64,000 nt of DNA, from NCBI GenBank assembly GCA_963704905.1, contig CAVPHZ010000001.1, forward strand, positions 195,438-259,437. Direction: 5' to 3'. The translations under genes and the position numbers were made by a program. The DNA comes from Candidatus Chisholmbacteria bacterium (lineage in GTDB: Bacteria; Patescibacteriota; Microgenomatia; UBA1400; Chisholmbacteraceae). Of this stretch, positions 1 to 9,379 are shown in pieces. The stretch's first letter is position 1. Each line of letters begins with the position of its first letter. The notes under the pieces are model-generated. The model had not been told where the DNA came from, ran no database searches, and saw only the letters and a list, made by a program, of their open reading frames with translations.

Positions 1-822
1 CCCTGGTATTTCTGTATCGTCTCCATTGTGTATCCAACCCGTTTCAGTTATGAACACGGGACTATTTGTATTTAGCCCGAATGATTCTGCAAGTCTCAGC
101 TCTGACTTATAACTTATGATGCTTGTTTTTCCACTTTCCAGTGGAGAAGCTGAGAAGCTTGGATTGGGATATGCATGTGATGTCCAACCATCAAGTTTTG
201 TAAAGACGGTTGGCTCAGATTCGAACATCCTTTGTAGATAGCGATCCATTGTCAGGCTGGTTGATGAGTTAGGAACAGAAGCATCGAATCCCGCAGGAAG
301 GATGAAAAAATTCTCTGATTTTGTTTTTAGCTTTTCTTCAAAAAGCAGGAGCATCTTTGCATACTCCTCCGGATTCACTTCTCCTCCCCATTCATCTGCG
401 TGGTTTGGCTCATTGAAGAGAATAACATAGCGATTTTTCACGACCCAATTCAAGGAGGAGAGAAAATCAGTCCACGAATCCAGATCTTCTTCCCGTGGTT
501 TGGCCCATTTACCATTTTCTAATTTGGTGGCGAGTCGAACGAGTGGTATGAGTTTTCGCTCCCTCATCTTATTGAATGTGTTTTGCCACTTTTCTTTATT
601 CCGATCATCCTCTCGAATAACAATGGTGACATACCCCCATTGTCCACCGCTGCTGTTGACCAATTCCGCGGCTCTATCGAGATCATGTTCATCAATGATA
701 TGAATTCCGAAGTGATTGTTTTCTACTGATCTTGGATCAGCGATGGCATACAATGCTTGATATTTCGACATCAGCAGCAGCAGGGCGATCATGATGCTGA
801 TAAATAATTTCTTCTTTTTCAT
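1..822 (-). CDS. Secreted clan GH-A-like glycoside hydrolase (partial, runs off window start)
   Basis: Not in ORF track; manual translation from ATG at 822: MKKKKLFISIMIALLLLMSKYQALYAIADP (signal peptide) ... YVILFNEPNH (acid/base NEP) ... WTSHAYP ... PVFITETGW (nucleophile); open to position 1. Confidence 0.75.
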   Translation of the reverse strand, partial: MKKKKLFISIMIALLLLMSKYQALYAIADPRSVENNHFGIHIIDEHDLDRAAELVNSSGGQWGYVTIVIREDDRNKEKWQNTFNKMRERKLIPLVRLATKLENGKWAKPREEDLDSWTDFLSSLNWVVKNRYVILFNEPNHADEWGGEVNPEEYAKMLLLFEEKLKTKSENFFILPAGFDASVPNSSTSLTMDRYLQRMFESEPTVFTKLDGWTSHAYPNPSFSASPLESGKTSIISYKSELRLAESFGLNTNSPVFITETGWIHNGDDTEIPG

Positions 823-954
823 GGAAAGCCAATTGTATCAGGTTCTTTAACCATAATCGTTCATGCACTTGTGTGACCTAACTCACTCAACTGTTTACTG
901 ATAAACGGTATACTGGAGTTAGAATTGAATTTATAAGGCAGGATTGCAAAGTTT

Positions 955-1527
955 ATGAAGTTTTTGATTTTTAACGGCTCAATGCGAAAAGGTCAATATA
1001 CTGAACATGTAACACGTTTTGTTCATCAAGTAGCAAGCAAGCGTACAGATACTACTTTTGAAATTATTGATCCGAGAACGTTTCCGCTTACATTTGAAAG
1101 TGAAGGTCGGTCGGCTGCTCCTCCTCAATATAACCAGAAAATATCGGATGCTGATGGTTTCATCATCGTCACCCCTGAATATAATCATGGTTATCCTGGA
1201 AGTTTGAAATATGTTCTTGATTTGGCTCTGAAAGAGTACATTCATAAACCAGTTGCTTTAGTAGGTGTTTCGTCTGGTTCTTTTGGAGGAGCCCGTGTTA
1301 TTGAGGCGCTCGTAAATGTGGTACGTGAATTAGGTCTGGTGGTCACTTTTACAGATGTCAATTTCTCAGCAATTAGAAGGGAAATTGAAGACGGCAGTGT
1401 TTTAGATGCGGAGAAGTGGGAGAAACGGGTAAACTGCATGCTTGATGAGTTCTTGTGGATGGCTAAAACACTTCAATACGGCCGAGAACATTTTCCTTCT
1501 CAATATCACAAGTCTAAAACATCTTAG
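955..1527 (+). CDS. NADPH-dependent FMN reductase (flavodoxin-like)
   Basis: FNGSMR, ADGFIIVTPEYNHGYPGSLK, KPVALVGVSSGSFGG motifs. Confidence 0.9.
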   Translation: MKFLIFNGSMRKGQYTEHVTRFVHQVASKRTDTTFEIIDPRTFPLTFESEGRSAAPPQYNQKISDADGFIIVTPEYNHGYPGSLKYVLDLALKEYIHKPVALVGVSSGSFGGARVIEALVNVVRELGLVVTFTDVNFSAIRREIEDGSVLDAEKWEKRVNCMLDEFLWMAKTLQYGREHFPSQYHKSKTS

Positions 1528-1545
1528 CTTTGGTTCCTATCTTGC

Positions 1546-1574
1546 TTGACTTTGTTTTTTTCTCGCGATACCAT
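1546..1574 (+). promoter_or_regulatory. sigma70-type promoter for SAM riboswitch-metK
   Basis: TTGACT-17 nt-TACCAT just upstream of riboswitch. Confidence 0.55.
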
Positions 1575-1596
1575 CAAAGTAGTTCGTTAACATTTC

Positions 1597-1718
1597 ATTT
1601 ATCAAGAGTGACGGGGAGAGAACTGGCTCGTTGATCCGTCCGGCAACCCCTCCGATTCGACACCGGAAGAAGGTGCCACCTCCAGCCCAATATTGTTCTC
1701 ATAAAAGGGAGAGATAAG
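1597..1718 (+). ncRNA. SAM-I (S-box) riboswitch aptamer
   Basis: TTATCAAGAG...GAGAGAACTGGC...GGCAACC...AAGGTGCCACCTCCAG...GAGATAAG; P1 TTATC(1599-1603)/GATAA(1713-1717); directly upstream of metK. Confidence 0.9.
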
Positions 1719-1731
1719 CCGTCGTTTATAC

Positions 1732-1760
1732 AACTCTTCTCTTTTTGAAGAGTTTTTTTA
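1732..1760 (+). terminator. Riboswitch expression-platform intrinsic terminator
   Basis: AACTCTTC-tcttttt-GAAGAGTT followed by T run. Confidence 0.8.
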
Positions 1761-1782
1761 TTTTCTAGCCATTGGAGGAGTA

Positions 1783-2838
1783 ATGCTTCATCATTCTATT
1801 CTTTATACTGTTGAAAGTGTCACTAGTGGTCATCCAGATAAGATGTGTGATCAAATATCGGATGGTGTTCTTGATGCATGTCTTAAGCAAGATCCAATGA
1901 GCCGGGTAGCAATTGAAACGTTTGGCTCTCATGGATTGTTGGTTATTGGAGGAGAGATCACGTCAACAGCAACTTTTTCTGCTGAACGTATTGCCCGTCT
2001 ACTGTACAAACAGATCGGATACAACGATCAACTCAACGTGATCACCGAGATCGTACAGCAATCTCCAGATATTGCACAAGGTGTGAACACTGGAGGGGCC
2101 GGTGATCAAGGTATCATGTATGGTTACGCAACTGATGAAACTTCTGAGTTTTTACCCCATGGCATCGTTCTTGTCCATCAACTTACACGAGGTTTGGAGC
2201 GTTTACGAAAAAGTGAAACGCTTTCTTGGCTACAACCTGATGGAAAAGCGCAAGTTACAATGAATGGGACTCAAGTCAAGACGATTCTGGTGAGCGCACA
2301 ACATGATGAGAGCGTGAGTCAAGAAACTATACGTGATTCTCTCATTAAACATCTTATTTCTGAATTGGTAGATATGACTGATATTGAAATCCTTGTTAAT
2401 CCGACTGGAATGTTTGTGAGTGGAGGATTTCACGCAGATACAGGGTTGACTGGTCGTAAAATCATGGTCGATACCTATGGAGGTTTGATTCCTCATGGCG
2501 GTGGTTGTTTTTCAGGAAAAGATGCTTCGAAAGTCGATCGATCAGGTGCGTATATGACTCGATATGTGGCAAAGCAGCTGGTTGCGCATGGGTTGGCAAA
2601 GCGATGTCTGGTCTCCGTAGCCTATGCAATCGGACAAGCTGAACCAATTATGGTTGAAGCAATAAATGAGAAAGGGGATCGTCTTAGTACTTATGTTAAG
2701 CAACACTACGACTTTCGCCCATTGGCAATTATTGATCGACTAGAGCTTCGAAAGCCACTTTACTCCCAAACAGCAACGTACGGGCATTTTGGAAGAAAAA
2801 ATCTTCCTTGGGAAGATATTTCATTAAAACCTCACTAG
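1783..2838 (+). CDS. metK: S-adenosylmethionine synthetase
   Basis: ESVTSGHPDK, GAGDQG, GGGCFSGKD motifs; GGAGGAG RBS. Confidence 0.97.
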   Translation: MLHHSILYTVESVTSGHPDKMCDQISDGVLDACLKQDPMSRVAIETFGSHGLLVIGGEITSTATFSAERIARLLYKQIGYNDQLNVITEIVQQSPDIAQGVNTGGAGDQGIMYGYATDETSEFLPHGIVLVHQLTRGLERLRKSETLSWLQPDGKAQVTMNGTQVKTILVSAQHDESVSQETIRDSLIKHLISELVDMTDIEILVNPTGMFVSGGFHADTGLTGRKIMVDTYGGLIPHGGGCFSGKDASKVDRSGAYMTRYVAKQLVAHGLAKRCLVSVAYAIGQAEPIMVEAINEKGDRLSTYVKQHYDFRPLAIIDRLELRKPLYSQTATYGHFGRKNLPWEDISLKPH

Positions 2839-2922
2839 CAATATTATCTTCTTTTGCTGCTACGCTATATCTACTACAATACGTTATGCCTTGCAGTGAC
2901 CATGCCGCACTTATTTATTAAC

Positions 2923-4359
2923 ATGAAACTTACAAAAATCGTTTCAACATACGGACCAGCTATTGATTCGACTCGTGATATTGAACGACTTATTCAATTG
3001 GGTGTAAATGTTTTTCGGTTTAATTTGAAGCACAATTCTCTTGATTGGCATGAAGAGAGGATCAAAAACGTCAAAAATATTGCTCAGCGACTCGGAGAAC
3101 ACATTGGGGTACTTATTGATCTGCAAGGCCCGGAAATTCGCCTCTCTACACCTGGTAAATATATGGACATTGAAAACGAAGATGTCATAGAACTCAAGGA
3201 GCAAGTTTTTGCATCTGATGAGAATAGTCTTTCTCTTTCTTATCCAAAGCTTATCGCCTCGCTTGTTGAAGGACAGCGAGTGTTTGCAGATGATGGGAAA
3301 TTTTCTTTTACTGTGTTTAAAAAACAAGGACAAACGTATCTACGGAGTTTAAATCAAGGTCGTCTTCTCAATCGAAAATCACTTAATATTCCCGGTCTGG
3401 CTATTAAACTTCCGACCCTGTATTCGAGAGATATTGAAGGTTTGAAACTCGCAAAAACATGTGAAGTTGACTTCATTGCCCTTTCTTACGTACGTAGCAC
3501 AAAGGATCTTCTCGTCCTACGACGTGAAATGAGAACGCTTGAAGTTCAATCTCAGGTCGTCTCAAAAATTGAAACTAAGATGGCGATTGATTCTCTTGAT
3601 GACATTCTCACCGCCTCCGATGGAGTCATGGTGGCTCGCGGTGATCTGGGTGTTGAACTTCCCATCGAACGTGTGCCTTACTATCAGAAGTTCATCATCA
3701 AGCGTGCGATAGAGATTGGAAAACCGGTCATCACTGCTACAGAAATGCTTCAATCTATGATTCTTGCACCTCAACCAAGCCGGGCTGAGGTTTCGGATAT
3801 TGCTAATGCTACATATGACTACTCAGATGCGGTTATGTTATCTGGTGAAACTGCGACGGGAAAATATCCACTGGATGCTGTAGAGGTGATGCGAAAAACA
3901 ATAGAATTTAATGAACGCAAGTTTAATCTAGATACAAGAGATCGTTTCGATCTGGAGACCAAAGAACAAGAAGGTTTGATTGCAAATGCTGCATATGATC
4001 TTTATTTAAAAATTAAAACGATGAAACAGAAGTTGCATGGTTTTATTGTTTTCACACAAACTGGGAAAACCGCACGAATGCTCTCGCGTTTCCGTCCAGC
4101 ACTTCCGGTTTATACATTTTGTCCGTCTCCTAACTTAGCCCGTCTTCTTACGCTTCATTTCGGTATTCATCCATTCGTTCATAATCATCATAATTTAAAA
4201 GGTGAATTTTTTAGCCAACATCAGCTGCGGGAAGTCATTTCATTACTTTTGAAAAAGAAGTTTGTCCGTCAAGGGGATCGTTTGATCCTTCTGCGTGCTG
4301 TGCGATGGGGTGATGAGGATAATACTTCCACTGTCCAATTACTTACTTGCGTTGAATAA
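2923..4359 (+). CDS. pyk: Pyruvate kinase (start placed at MKLTKIV)
   Basis: DLQGPEIR, SKIET, DGVMVARGDLGVE, RAEVSDIANA, DAVMLSGETA. Confidence 0.93.
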   Translation: MKLTKIVSTYGPAIDSTRDIERLIQLGVNVFRFNLKHNSLDWHEERIKNVKNIAQRLGEHIGVLIDLQGPEIRLSTPGKYMDIENEDVIELKEQVFASDENSLSLSYPKLIASLVEGQRVFADDGKFSFTVFKKQGQTYLRSLNQGRLLNRKSLNIPGLAIKLPTLYSRDIEGLKLAKTCEVDFIALSYVRSTKDLLVLRREMRTLEVQSQVVSKIETKMAIDSLDDILTASDGVMVARGDLGVELPIERVPYYQKFIIKRAIEIGKPVITATEMLQSMILAPQPSRAEVSDIANATYDYSDAVMLSGETATGKYPLDAVEVMRKTIEFNERKFNLDTRDRFDLETKEQEGLIANAAYDLYLKIKTMKQKLHGFIVFTQTGKTARMLSRFRPALPVYTFCPSPNLARLLTLHFGIHPFVHNHHNLKGEFFSQHQLREVISLLLKKKFVRQGDRLILLRAVRWGDEDNTSTVQLLTCVE

Positions 4360-4397
4360 CTCCCTTTTTTTATTGATTTAAAACTGTTCTAAATAGT

Positions 4398-5474
4398 CTA
4401 CGATTTCCTTGCCATCGTTAACTCAAGGAGTCCGGTGAAAATGGTTTGGATGTCTCTATTGTTAGTGATATTTTGTATTTGTTTTTTTCCCTTCATGATG
4501 TACTTCTCTCCTAATTCAACTATGTATTGATATGATCCAGAATCTCTTAATGACACTTGTAGTTTTTCTAATTCTGTTTTTGTGATGTTATTATTACCAA
4601 ATACTTTTAACAGTATTTTCTTATCTTTACTTGAACCTCGTTTCATTAATTGAAGTAGTAGTAGTGTCCGTTTTCCTTCACGGATATCCCCTCCAATAGG
4701 TTTTCCTAGCTGCTGAGCGTCACCAAACAATCCGAGAAGATCGTCGCGGAGTTGAAATGCCCATCCAAGACACAGTCCATATTCTCTCAATGATTCGATT
4801 GTTGTCCTATCAGAACAATCTGCTAGAGTAGCTCCAATGAGAAGAGGCAATGCTCCGGTGTATTCAGCGGTTTTTAGTTTATATATGTTCGTAATCTCAC
4901 TCTCCTTGGACAATTGAATTGGTGAATTTGTCACATCGAGTGCTTGTCCGAGACCTACTCGAATTGCGTACCGGGAAAATATACGTGCTGAATTCGTAAT
5001 CCTTTCCGGAACAAAATCGCTTTCGAATAATTTCTCCATGGCTATAAAAAATGCGATGTCGCCAACATTTATGGCTAGTGACTCTCCATACTTGTCGGCT
5101 GGGGTTTTTACATTATATTTTTTTGCAAGACCCTTAAATTGCTTATGCATTGATGGAAGGCCGCGCCTTAATTCATCTTGATCCATAATGTCGTCATGAA
5201 TGAGCAAACCTGCATGGAACATTTCTATAAACAGACTTGCTTCAAGGATAGCGGCTTCGTTTCTTCCACCAGCTGCTTTATATCCAAGTACCATCAATGC
5301 GCCTCGGACCTTTTTTCCTCGCAAAACTAGTTTTAAAAGTCTGTCTGTGACTTCTTTAGGAATTGATCCAATTGTTGAGGCTTCAGCAATTTTTCTTGAA
5401 AGATATTTTATGAACAAAGGATTTGTTTTTTCTTTGTACCAGCTGAGGTATTTAATGGCCTTTTTCTGATTCAT
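4398..5474 (-). CDS. Polyprenyl (trans-isoprenyl) diphosphate synthase
   Basis: GKKVRG, LIHDDIMDQDELRRG (FARM), GQALD, KTAEY, AFQLRDDLLG (SARM), DIREGKRT. Confidence 0.93.
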   Translation of the reverse strand: MNQKKAIKYLSWYKEKTNPLFIKYLSRKIAEASTIGSIPKEVTDRLLKLVLRGKKVRGALMVLGYKAAGGRNEAAILEASLFIEMFHAGLLIHDDIMDQDELRRGLPSMHKQFKGLAKKYNVKTPADKYGESLAINVGDIAFFIAMEKLFESDFVPERITNSARIFSRYAIRVGLGQALDVTNSPIQLSKESEITNIYKLKTAEYTGALPLLIGATLADCSDRTTIESLREYGLCLGWAFQLRDDLLGLFGDAQQLGKPIGGDIREGKRTLLLLQLMKRGSSKDKKILLKVFGNNNITKTELEKLQVSLRDSGSYQYIVELGEKYIMKGKKQIQNITNNRDIQTIFTGLLELTMARKS

Positions 5475-5556
5475 GACAGGATTATATCAGAGAGTCTTAG
5501 TGTCTGACCGATGCCTTCTTGGGAATGTTATTATTTTGTAATATAATGTATGTATC

Positions 5557-6222
5557 ATGAGAAAAAGCAAAATAGTTAGCATCTCACTACCAATACAAAT
5601 AGATGAACAACTTACGACAGTTATGAAACGCTCTCATCAAAGTAAGAGCGAGGTGATTAAAAATATCTTGCATGAATACATGACCTCCGACACACAATCT
5701 GTAAGATCCTCCGAAAATGCGTATGAGTCTCCGAATTTATCACTTAGTTACGTATTAAAGCTTTACTACGAACTTCTAAGTAAACAGCATAGACAAACTC
5801 TGGTCGTTGCATTGGCAATCATTAGTAGCAATGGAAATGTGCTGATTGGAAAGCGAGGTGCAAATGATCCACATGTAACTCATCTCAGTTGGGCATTTCC
5901 TGGTGCTGAAGTTCTAAGTCTCGACTTTTCAGGAGAACTTACGAAGATTGCTAAAGCTGAAACTGGATTAGATGTGAAAGTAATGAAACTTATCCATACT
6001 CGCCTTCATCCCGATAATATGAGTAAGAAGGTTGACGTTGTCGCTCTTTACTTTCATTGTCTAGTTACGGGCGGGAGTGAACAACCTGGACAATACAATC
6101 AGGAGATTCCAATCGTAGAGCTTAAATGGGTACAGCCAACTTCTGTTTTTCGGTATTTCACAACTTCCACGGCTGATGAAGTTGTACGTTTCTTGAATAT
6201 TATTGAAACCAGCAATAGTTAA
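5557..6222 (+). CDS. Ribbon-helix-helix (CopG-like) domain fused to Nudix-like domain
   Basis: N-term KIVSISLPIQIDEQL...SKSEVIKNIL (RHH); C-term VLIGKR...WAFPG...AETGL...LYFHC...ELKWV (Nudix fold, degenerate box). Confidence 0.75.
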   Translation: MRKSKIVSISLPIQIDEQLTTVMKRSHQSKSEVIKNILHEYMTSDTQSVRSSENAYESPNLSLSYVLKLYYELLSKQHRQTLVVALAIISSNGNVLIGKRGANDPHVTHLSWAFPGAEVLSLDFSGELTKIAKAETGLDVKVMKLIHTRLHPDNMSKKVDVVALYFHCLVTGGSEQPGQYNQEIPIVELKWVQPTSVFRYFTTSTADEVVRFLNIIETSNS

Positions 6223-6273
6223 TTTCATCCTTGTACTTTTCGAAATTACAATAGTCCTCTATAATATCCTTTG

Positions 6274-6972
6274 ATGTATTCTCTTTTTAATACCCTATCC
6301 AGCAAAGATAAATCCCGTGCGATTGAACGACTTATTCGAGGTAGCACGCCACGTCAGGAATTCTTTTTGATGATTATTCTTTCGGTGTTGATGGCCACAT
6401 TTGGATTGCTGCTTAACAACAGTTCGGTCATTATCGGTAGCATGCTGATTGCACCTATGCTTTACTCTATCATGAGTCTGTCTCTCGGGATTATCATGTC
6501 TGATGCTGGTCTGGTTACGCGTTCGCTTAAGACCGTTTTGAAATCGACTTTTTTTGGAATTGTTGCATCAGCTACGGTGGCGTTGTTTTTCTCTTCAGGT
6601 GAGCTTACACCAGAAATCATGGCCCGAGCACAACCTTCACTTCCTTATATCGTTATTGCAATTATTGCAGGTTTTGCTGCTTCATTTGCCCTCGTAAAAC
6701 CCCATCTGAGTGAAACTCTCCCTGGAATAGCAATATCTGTAGCACTCATCCCCCCGCTTGCAGTCGTGGGTATAGGGTTGGCCCGATTCAACTGGCAGAT
6801 TATGAGTCAATCATTTGTATTATTTGTAATTAATATCGTTGGAATCGTATTTGCGAGCATGATCACCTTTTCACTTATGGATTTTTATCTCAAGCGCGGA
6901 CTTGCACAAGAAACTGCTATCAAAGAAGATCTGAAAGTTGAACAGGAAAAAGAGGATGCGGCAAAGCAATAA
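6274..6972 (+). CDS. DUF389 / TIGR00341-type membrane protein
   Basis: ATFGLLLNNSSVIIGSMLIAP, EIMARAQP, LPGIAISVALIPPL; multiple TM segments. Confidence 0.88.
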   Translation: MYSLFNTLSSKDKSRAIERLIRGSTPRQEFFLMIILSVLMATFGLLLNNSSVIIGSMLIAPMLYSIMSLSLGIIMSDAGLVTRSLKTVLKSTFFGIVASATVALFFSSGELTPEIMARAQPSLPYIVIAIIAGFAASFALVKPHLSETLPGIAISVALIPPLAVVGIGLARFNWQIMSQSFVLFVINIVGIVFASMITFSLMDFYLKRGLAQETAIKEDLKVEQEKEDAAKQ

Positions 6973-6977
6973 TGTGT

Positions 6978-7415
6978 TTACCGTTTCGGAGATTGTTTTT
7001 TCGCCCTTGCTGACTGAGCTAGTCCGGATTTTCTTCGCTCCTTCATACGAGGATCTCGCGTAAGAAGCCCGTGTTTTTTTAAAACAGGTCTGAATTCTTT
7101 TGAATCTGCAAGGCTAAGAGCTCTTGCAATTCCGTGCATCACGGCTCCAAGTTGTCCACTCTTTCCAGAACCAATAACTTTGACTGTTGCTGAAAACTTG
7201 CCCTCGGTCTTGGTTATTTTAAGTGGTTTAAGATACTGCTGCTTGTGTGATTCAAGTGGAAAATACTCTTCTATTGGTTTTTCGTTGACTAGAATAGGTC
7301 CTTTCTTAAGATACAAACGGACTCTGGCGCTTGCAGTTTTTCGTCGTCCTACAGCGTAGATAAATTCTGGTTTTGACGTTTTTTTAGAATTACTTGTCTT
7401 TTTTTCTTTTGCCAC
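6978..7415 (-). CDS. rpsI: 30S ribosomal protein S9
   Basis: GRRKTASARV, LLTRDPRMKERRK. Confidence 0.97.
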   Translation of the reverse strand: MAKEKKTSNSKKTSKPEFIYAVGRRKTASARVRLYLKKGPILVNEKPIEEYFPLESHKQQYLKPLKITKTEGKFSATVKVIGSGKSGQLGAVMHGIARALSLADSKEFRPVLKKHGLLTRDPRMKERRKSGLAQSARAKKQSPKR

Positions 7416-7428
7416 AGATTCCTCTTTA

Positions 7429-7935
7429 CTATTTCTTATTTTTTCTATTTATACTCTCTACTGTCTTCTTTGCGTTCTTCATTTTTGATTTATTTGAGTC
7501 TTCTCCCTTTTTCTTCTCAATAAACTTTTCTTCATATGGATGTTTCCCATCTACAAATACTTTTAAACGAGACATACGACGGTCGCGGAGTTTATTTTTT
7601 GGAAGCATTCCTTTTACTGCAATTTCAATTACTTTTCGCGGATCCTTTTCCATCATTTGGTTAAAGGTTAATTGTCTAAAGCCTCCTGGAAAACCAGAGT
7701 GGCGATAGTATATTTTCTTTTTCCGTTTGTTGCCTGTGATATCGACAGCTCCAGCATTAATTACTACGACATAGTCTCCGCAATCAAGGTGGGGGGTGTA
7801 ATATGGCTTATGTTTTCCGATAAGTGATGAGGCGACATCGGTTGCACCACGGCCGAGAACTTTGTTATTGAAGTCCACAAGTTTCCATTCTCTTACAATT
7901 ACTTTTTCTTTGGTGCTGTACGTTTTTTGATTCAT
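7429..7935 (-). CDS. rplM: 50S ribosomal protein L13
   Basis: GKHKPYYTPHLDCGDYVVVINA, YYRHSGFPGG. Confidence 0.97.
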   Translation of the reverse strand: MNQKTYSTKEKVIVREWKLVDFNNKVLGRGATDVASSLIGKHKPYYTPHLDCGDYVVVINAGAVDITGNKRKKKIYYRHSGFPGGFRQLTFNQMMEKDPRKVIEIAVKGMLPKNKLRDRRMSRLKVFVDGKHPYEEKFIEKKKGEDSNKSKMKNAKKTVESINRKNKK

Positions 7936-8426
7936 TTCTTGGTCTTGTTGGTTTTATCTTTTTCTTTTGATTTTAGGTTCGATGATTGTATTTGCTTCTC
8001 TTGTTTCACTTTCTTGGGATCTGATGTTCTTTTGGTAGCTTTTTTTGACTTGTCTTTACTCTCTTTCTCTTTTTTTTCGACTAACTCTATCTGTACCATC
8101 ATTGCATTGTCTCCCCGACGCTGACCTATTTTTTTTATCCTTGTAAAACCGCTGACTCTATCTTTAAATCTCGGCCCAAGTTCGTCAACGATTTTATTTA
8201 CAACATTCTTCTCTTGTAAAAATGCAGCTATTGCTCTTCGTGAGTTGAGTGAACTATTTTTTCCCTTATTAATTAATTTATCCGCTAATCTTCTAATAGC
8301 TTTGGCTTTACTTTCGGTTGTTTTAATTTCCTCATTGATGATCAAGCCGTTGATGAGGTTTTTAAACAACGCTTTTCGATGTTTAATGTCTCGATTGAGC
8401 TTTTTTCCAGCCTTTCTGTGACGCAT
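7932..8426 (-). CDS. rplQ: 50S ribosomal protein L17
   Basis: MRHRKAGKKLNR, IKTTESKAK, RRGDNA. Confidence 0.97.
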   Translation of the reverse strand: MRHRKAGKKLNRDIKHRKALFKNLINGLIINEEIKTTESKAKAIRRLADKLINKGKNSSLNSRRAIAAFLQEKNVVNKIVDELGPRFKDRVSGFTRIKKIGQRRGDNAMMVQIELVEKKEKESKDKSKKATKRTSDPKKVKQEKQIQSSNLKSKEKDKTNKTKK

Positions 8427-8442
8427 AGTGAACTCTTTATAG

Positions 8443-9360
8443 TTAGCCTTTAATAGCTACTTCTTTTTTCTTGAGAGCTTTTTTAATAAGCTCGACCGAC
8501 TTTTCTCCAAGATTCTTTACCTGAGCTAACTCTGTCTCCTGGGCATTGACTAAATTCTTGACTGTTTTATATCCACCTTTTCGAAGTGCATTCGCAATTC
8601 TCGTTGGAAGATCAAGTTCTTCTACAGTAAGGTTGTACACCTCATTGTTCAATTCTACGTCTACTTCGGCTTTCTCAACTTTTGAAACAGTCGGATCGTA
8701 TACTTGTTTGAAGTATGATTGCATTAGCTTGGCCGTTTCTTCTAGAGCTTGCTTTGGAGTCATTGTGCCATCTGTGGCAATTTCCATAATGAGTCGATCT
8801 AAGTCTGTTCGCCTTCCAACGCGGGTAGCCTCTACTTTATAGGCTACTTGCCGAACTGGAGTGAACGTCGCATCGACCGGGATGACACCAATTTTATCCG
8901 ACTTCCGTTCCTCTGCTGGCGAATACCCTGTACTTCTCTCTATCTGTATTTCTGCTTCCAGTGTTGATTTTTTATTAGCTAAATTTGCTAAGACATGATC
9001 TTTGTTAATAATTTCAACAGTGGGAGGAGCTTTAATTTGAGAGGCTTTCACTTCTCCAGGACCTTGCGCTGATAGATGAAGTGTCTCTGGACCCTCACCT
9101 TCATAGCGGAGACGAATACCTTTGAGGTTCAAAATGAATTCAACGATATCCTCATTCATGCCTTTAAGCGTTGAAAATTGATGTCTAATGCCTTTAATTT
9201 TGACTTCTGTTGGAGCTGCTCCGGGTAAGCTATCCAGCATAGTACGTCTAAGCGCATTTCCAAGTGTATGACCGTACCCCTGCTCAAGTGGTTCGATCAC
9301 ATACGTGGCAGAGTCTTCGTTCTCTTCCTTGGCAGTGATAGTGAATGTTGGTGTGAACAT
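8443..9360 (-). CDS. rpoA: RNA polymerase alpha subunit
   Basis: EPLEQGYGHTLGNALRR, IPVDATFTPV, alpha-CTD. Confidence 0.97.
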   Translation of the reverse strand: MFTPTFTITAKEENEDSATYVIEPLEQGYGHTLGNALRRTMLDSLPGAAPTEVKIKGIRHQFSTLKGMNEDIVEFILNLKGIRLRYEGEGPETLHLSAQGPGEVKASQIKAPPTVEIINKDHVLANLANKKSTLEAEIQIERSTGYSPAEERKSDKIGVIPVDATFTPVRQVAYKVEATRVGRRTDLDRLIMEIATDGTMTPKQALEETAKLMQSYFKQVYDPTVSKVEKAEVDVELNNEVYNLTVEELDLPTRIANALRKGGYKTVKNLVNAQETELAQVKNLGEKSVELIKKALKKKEVAIKG

Positions 9361-9379
9361 AATTCTCCTCTCTTGTGAA

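Noticed and set aside
500-703. Plus-strand 67-aa ORF
   Set aside because: Antisense shadow of the minus-strand glycoside hydrolase
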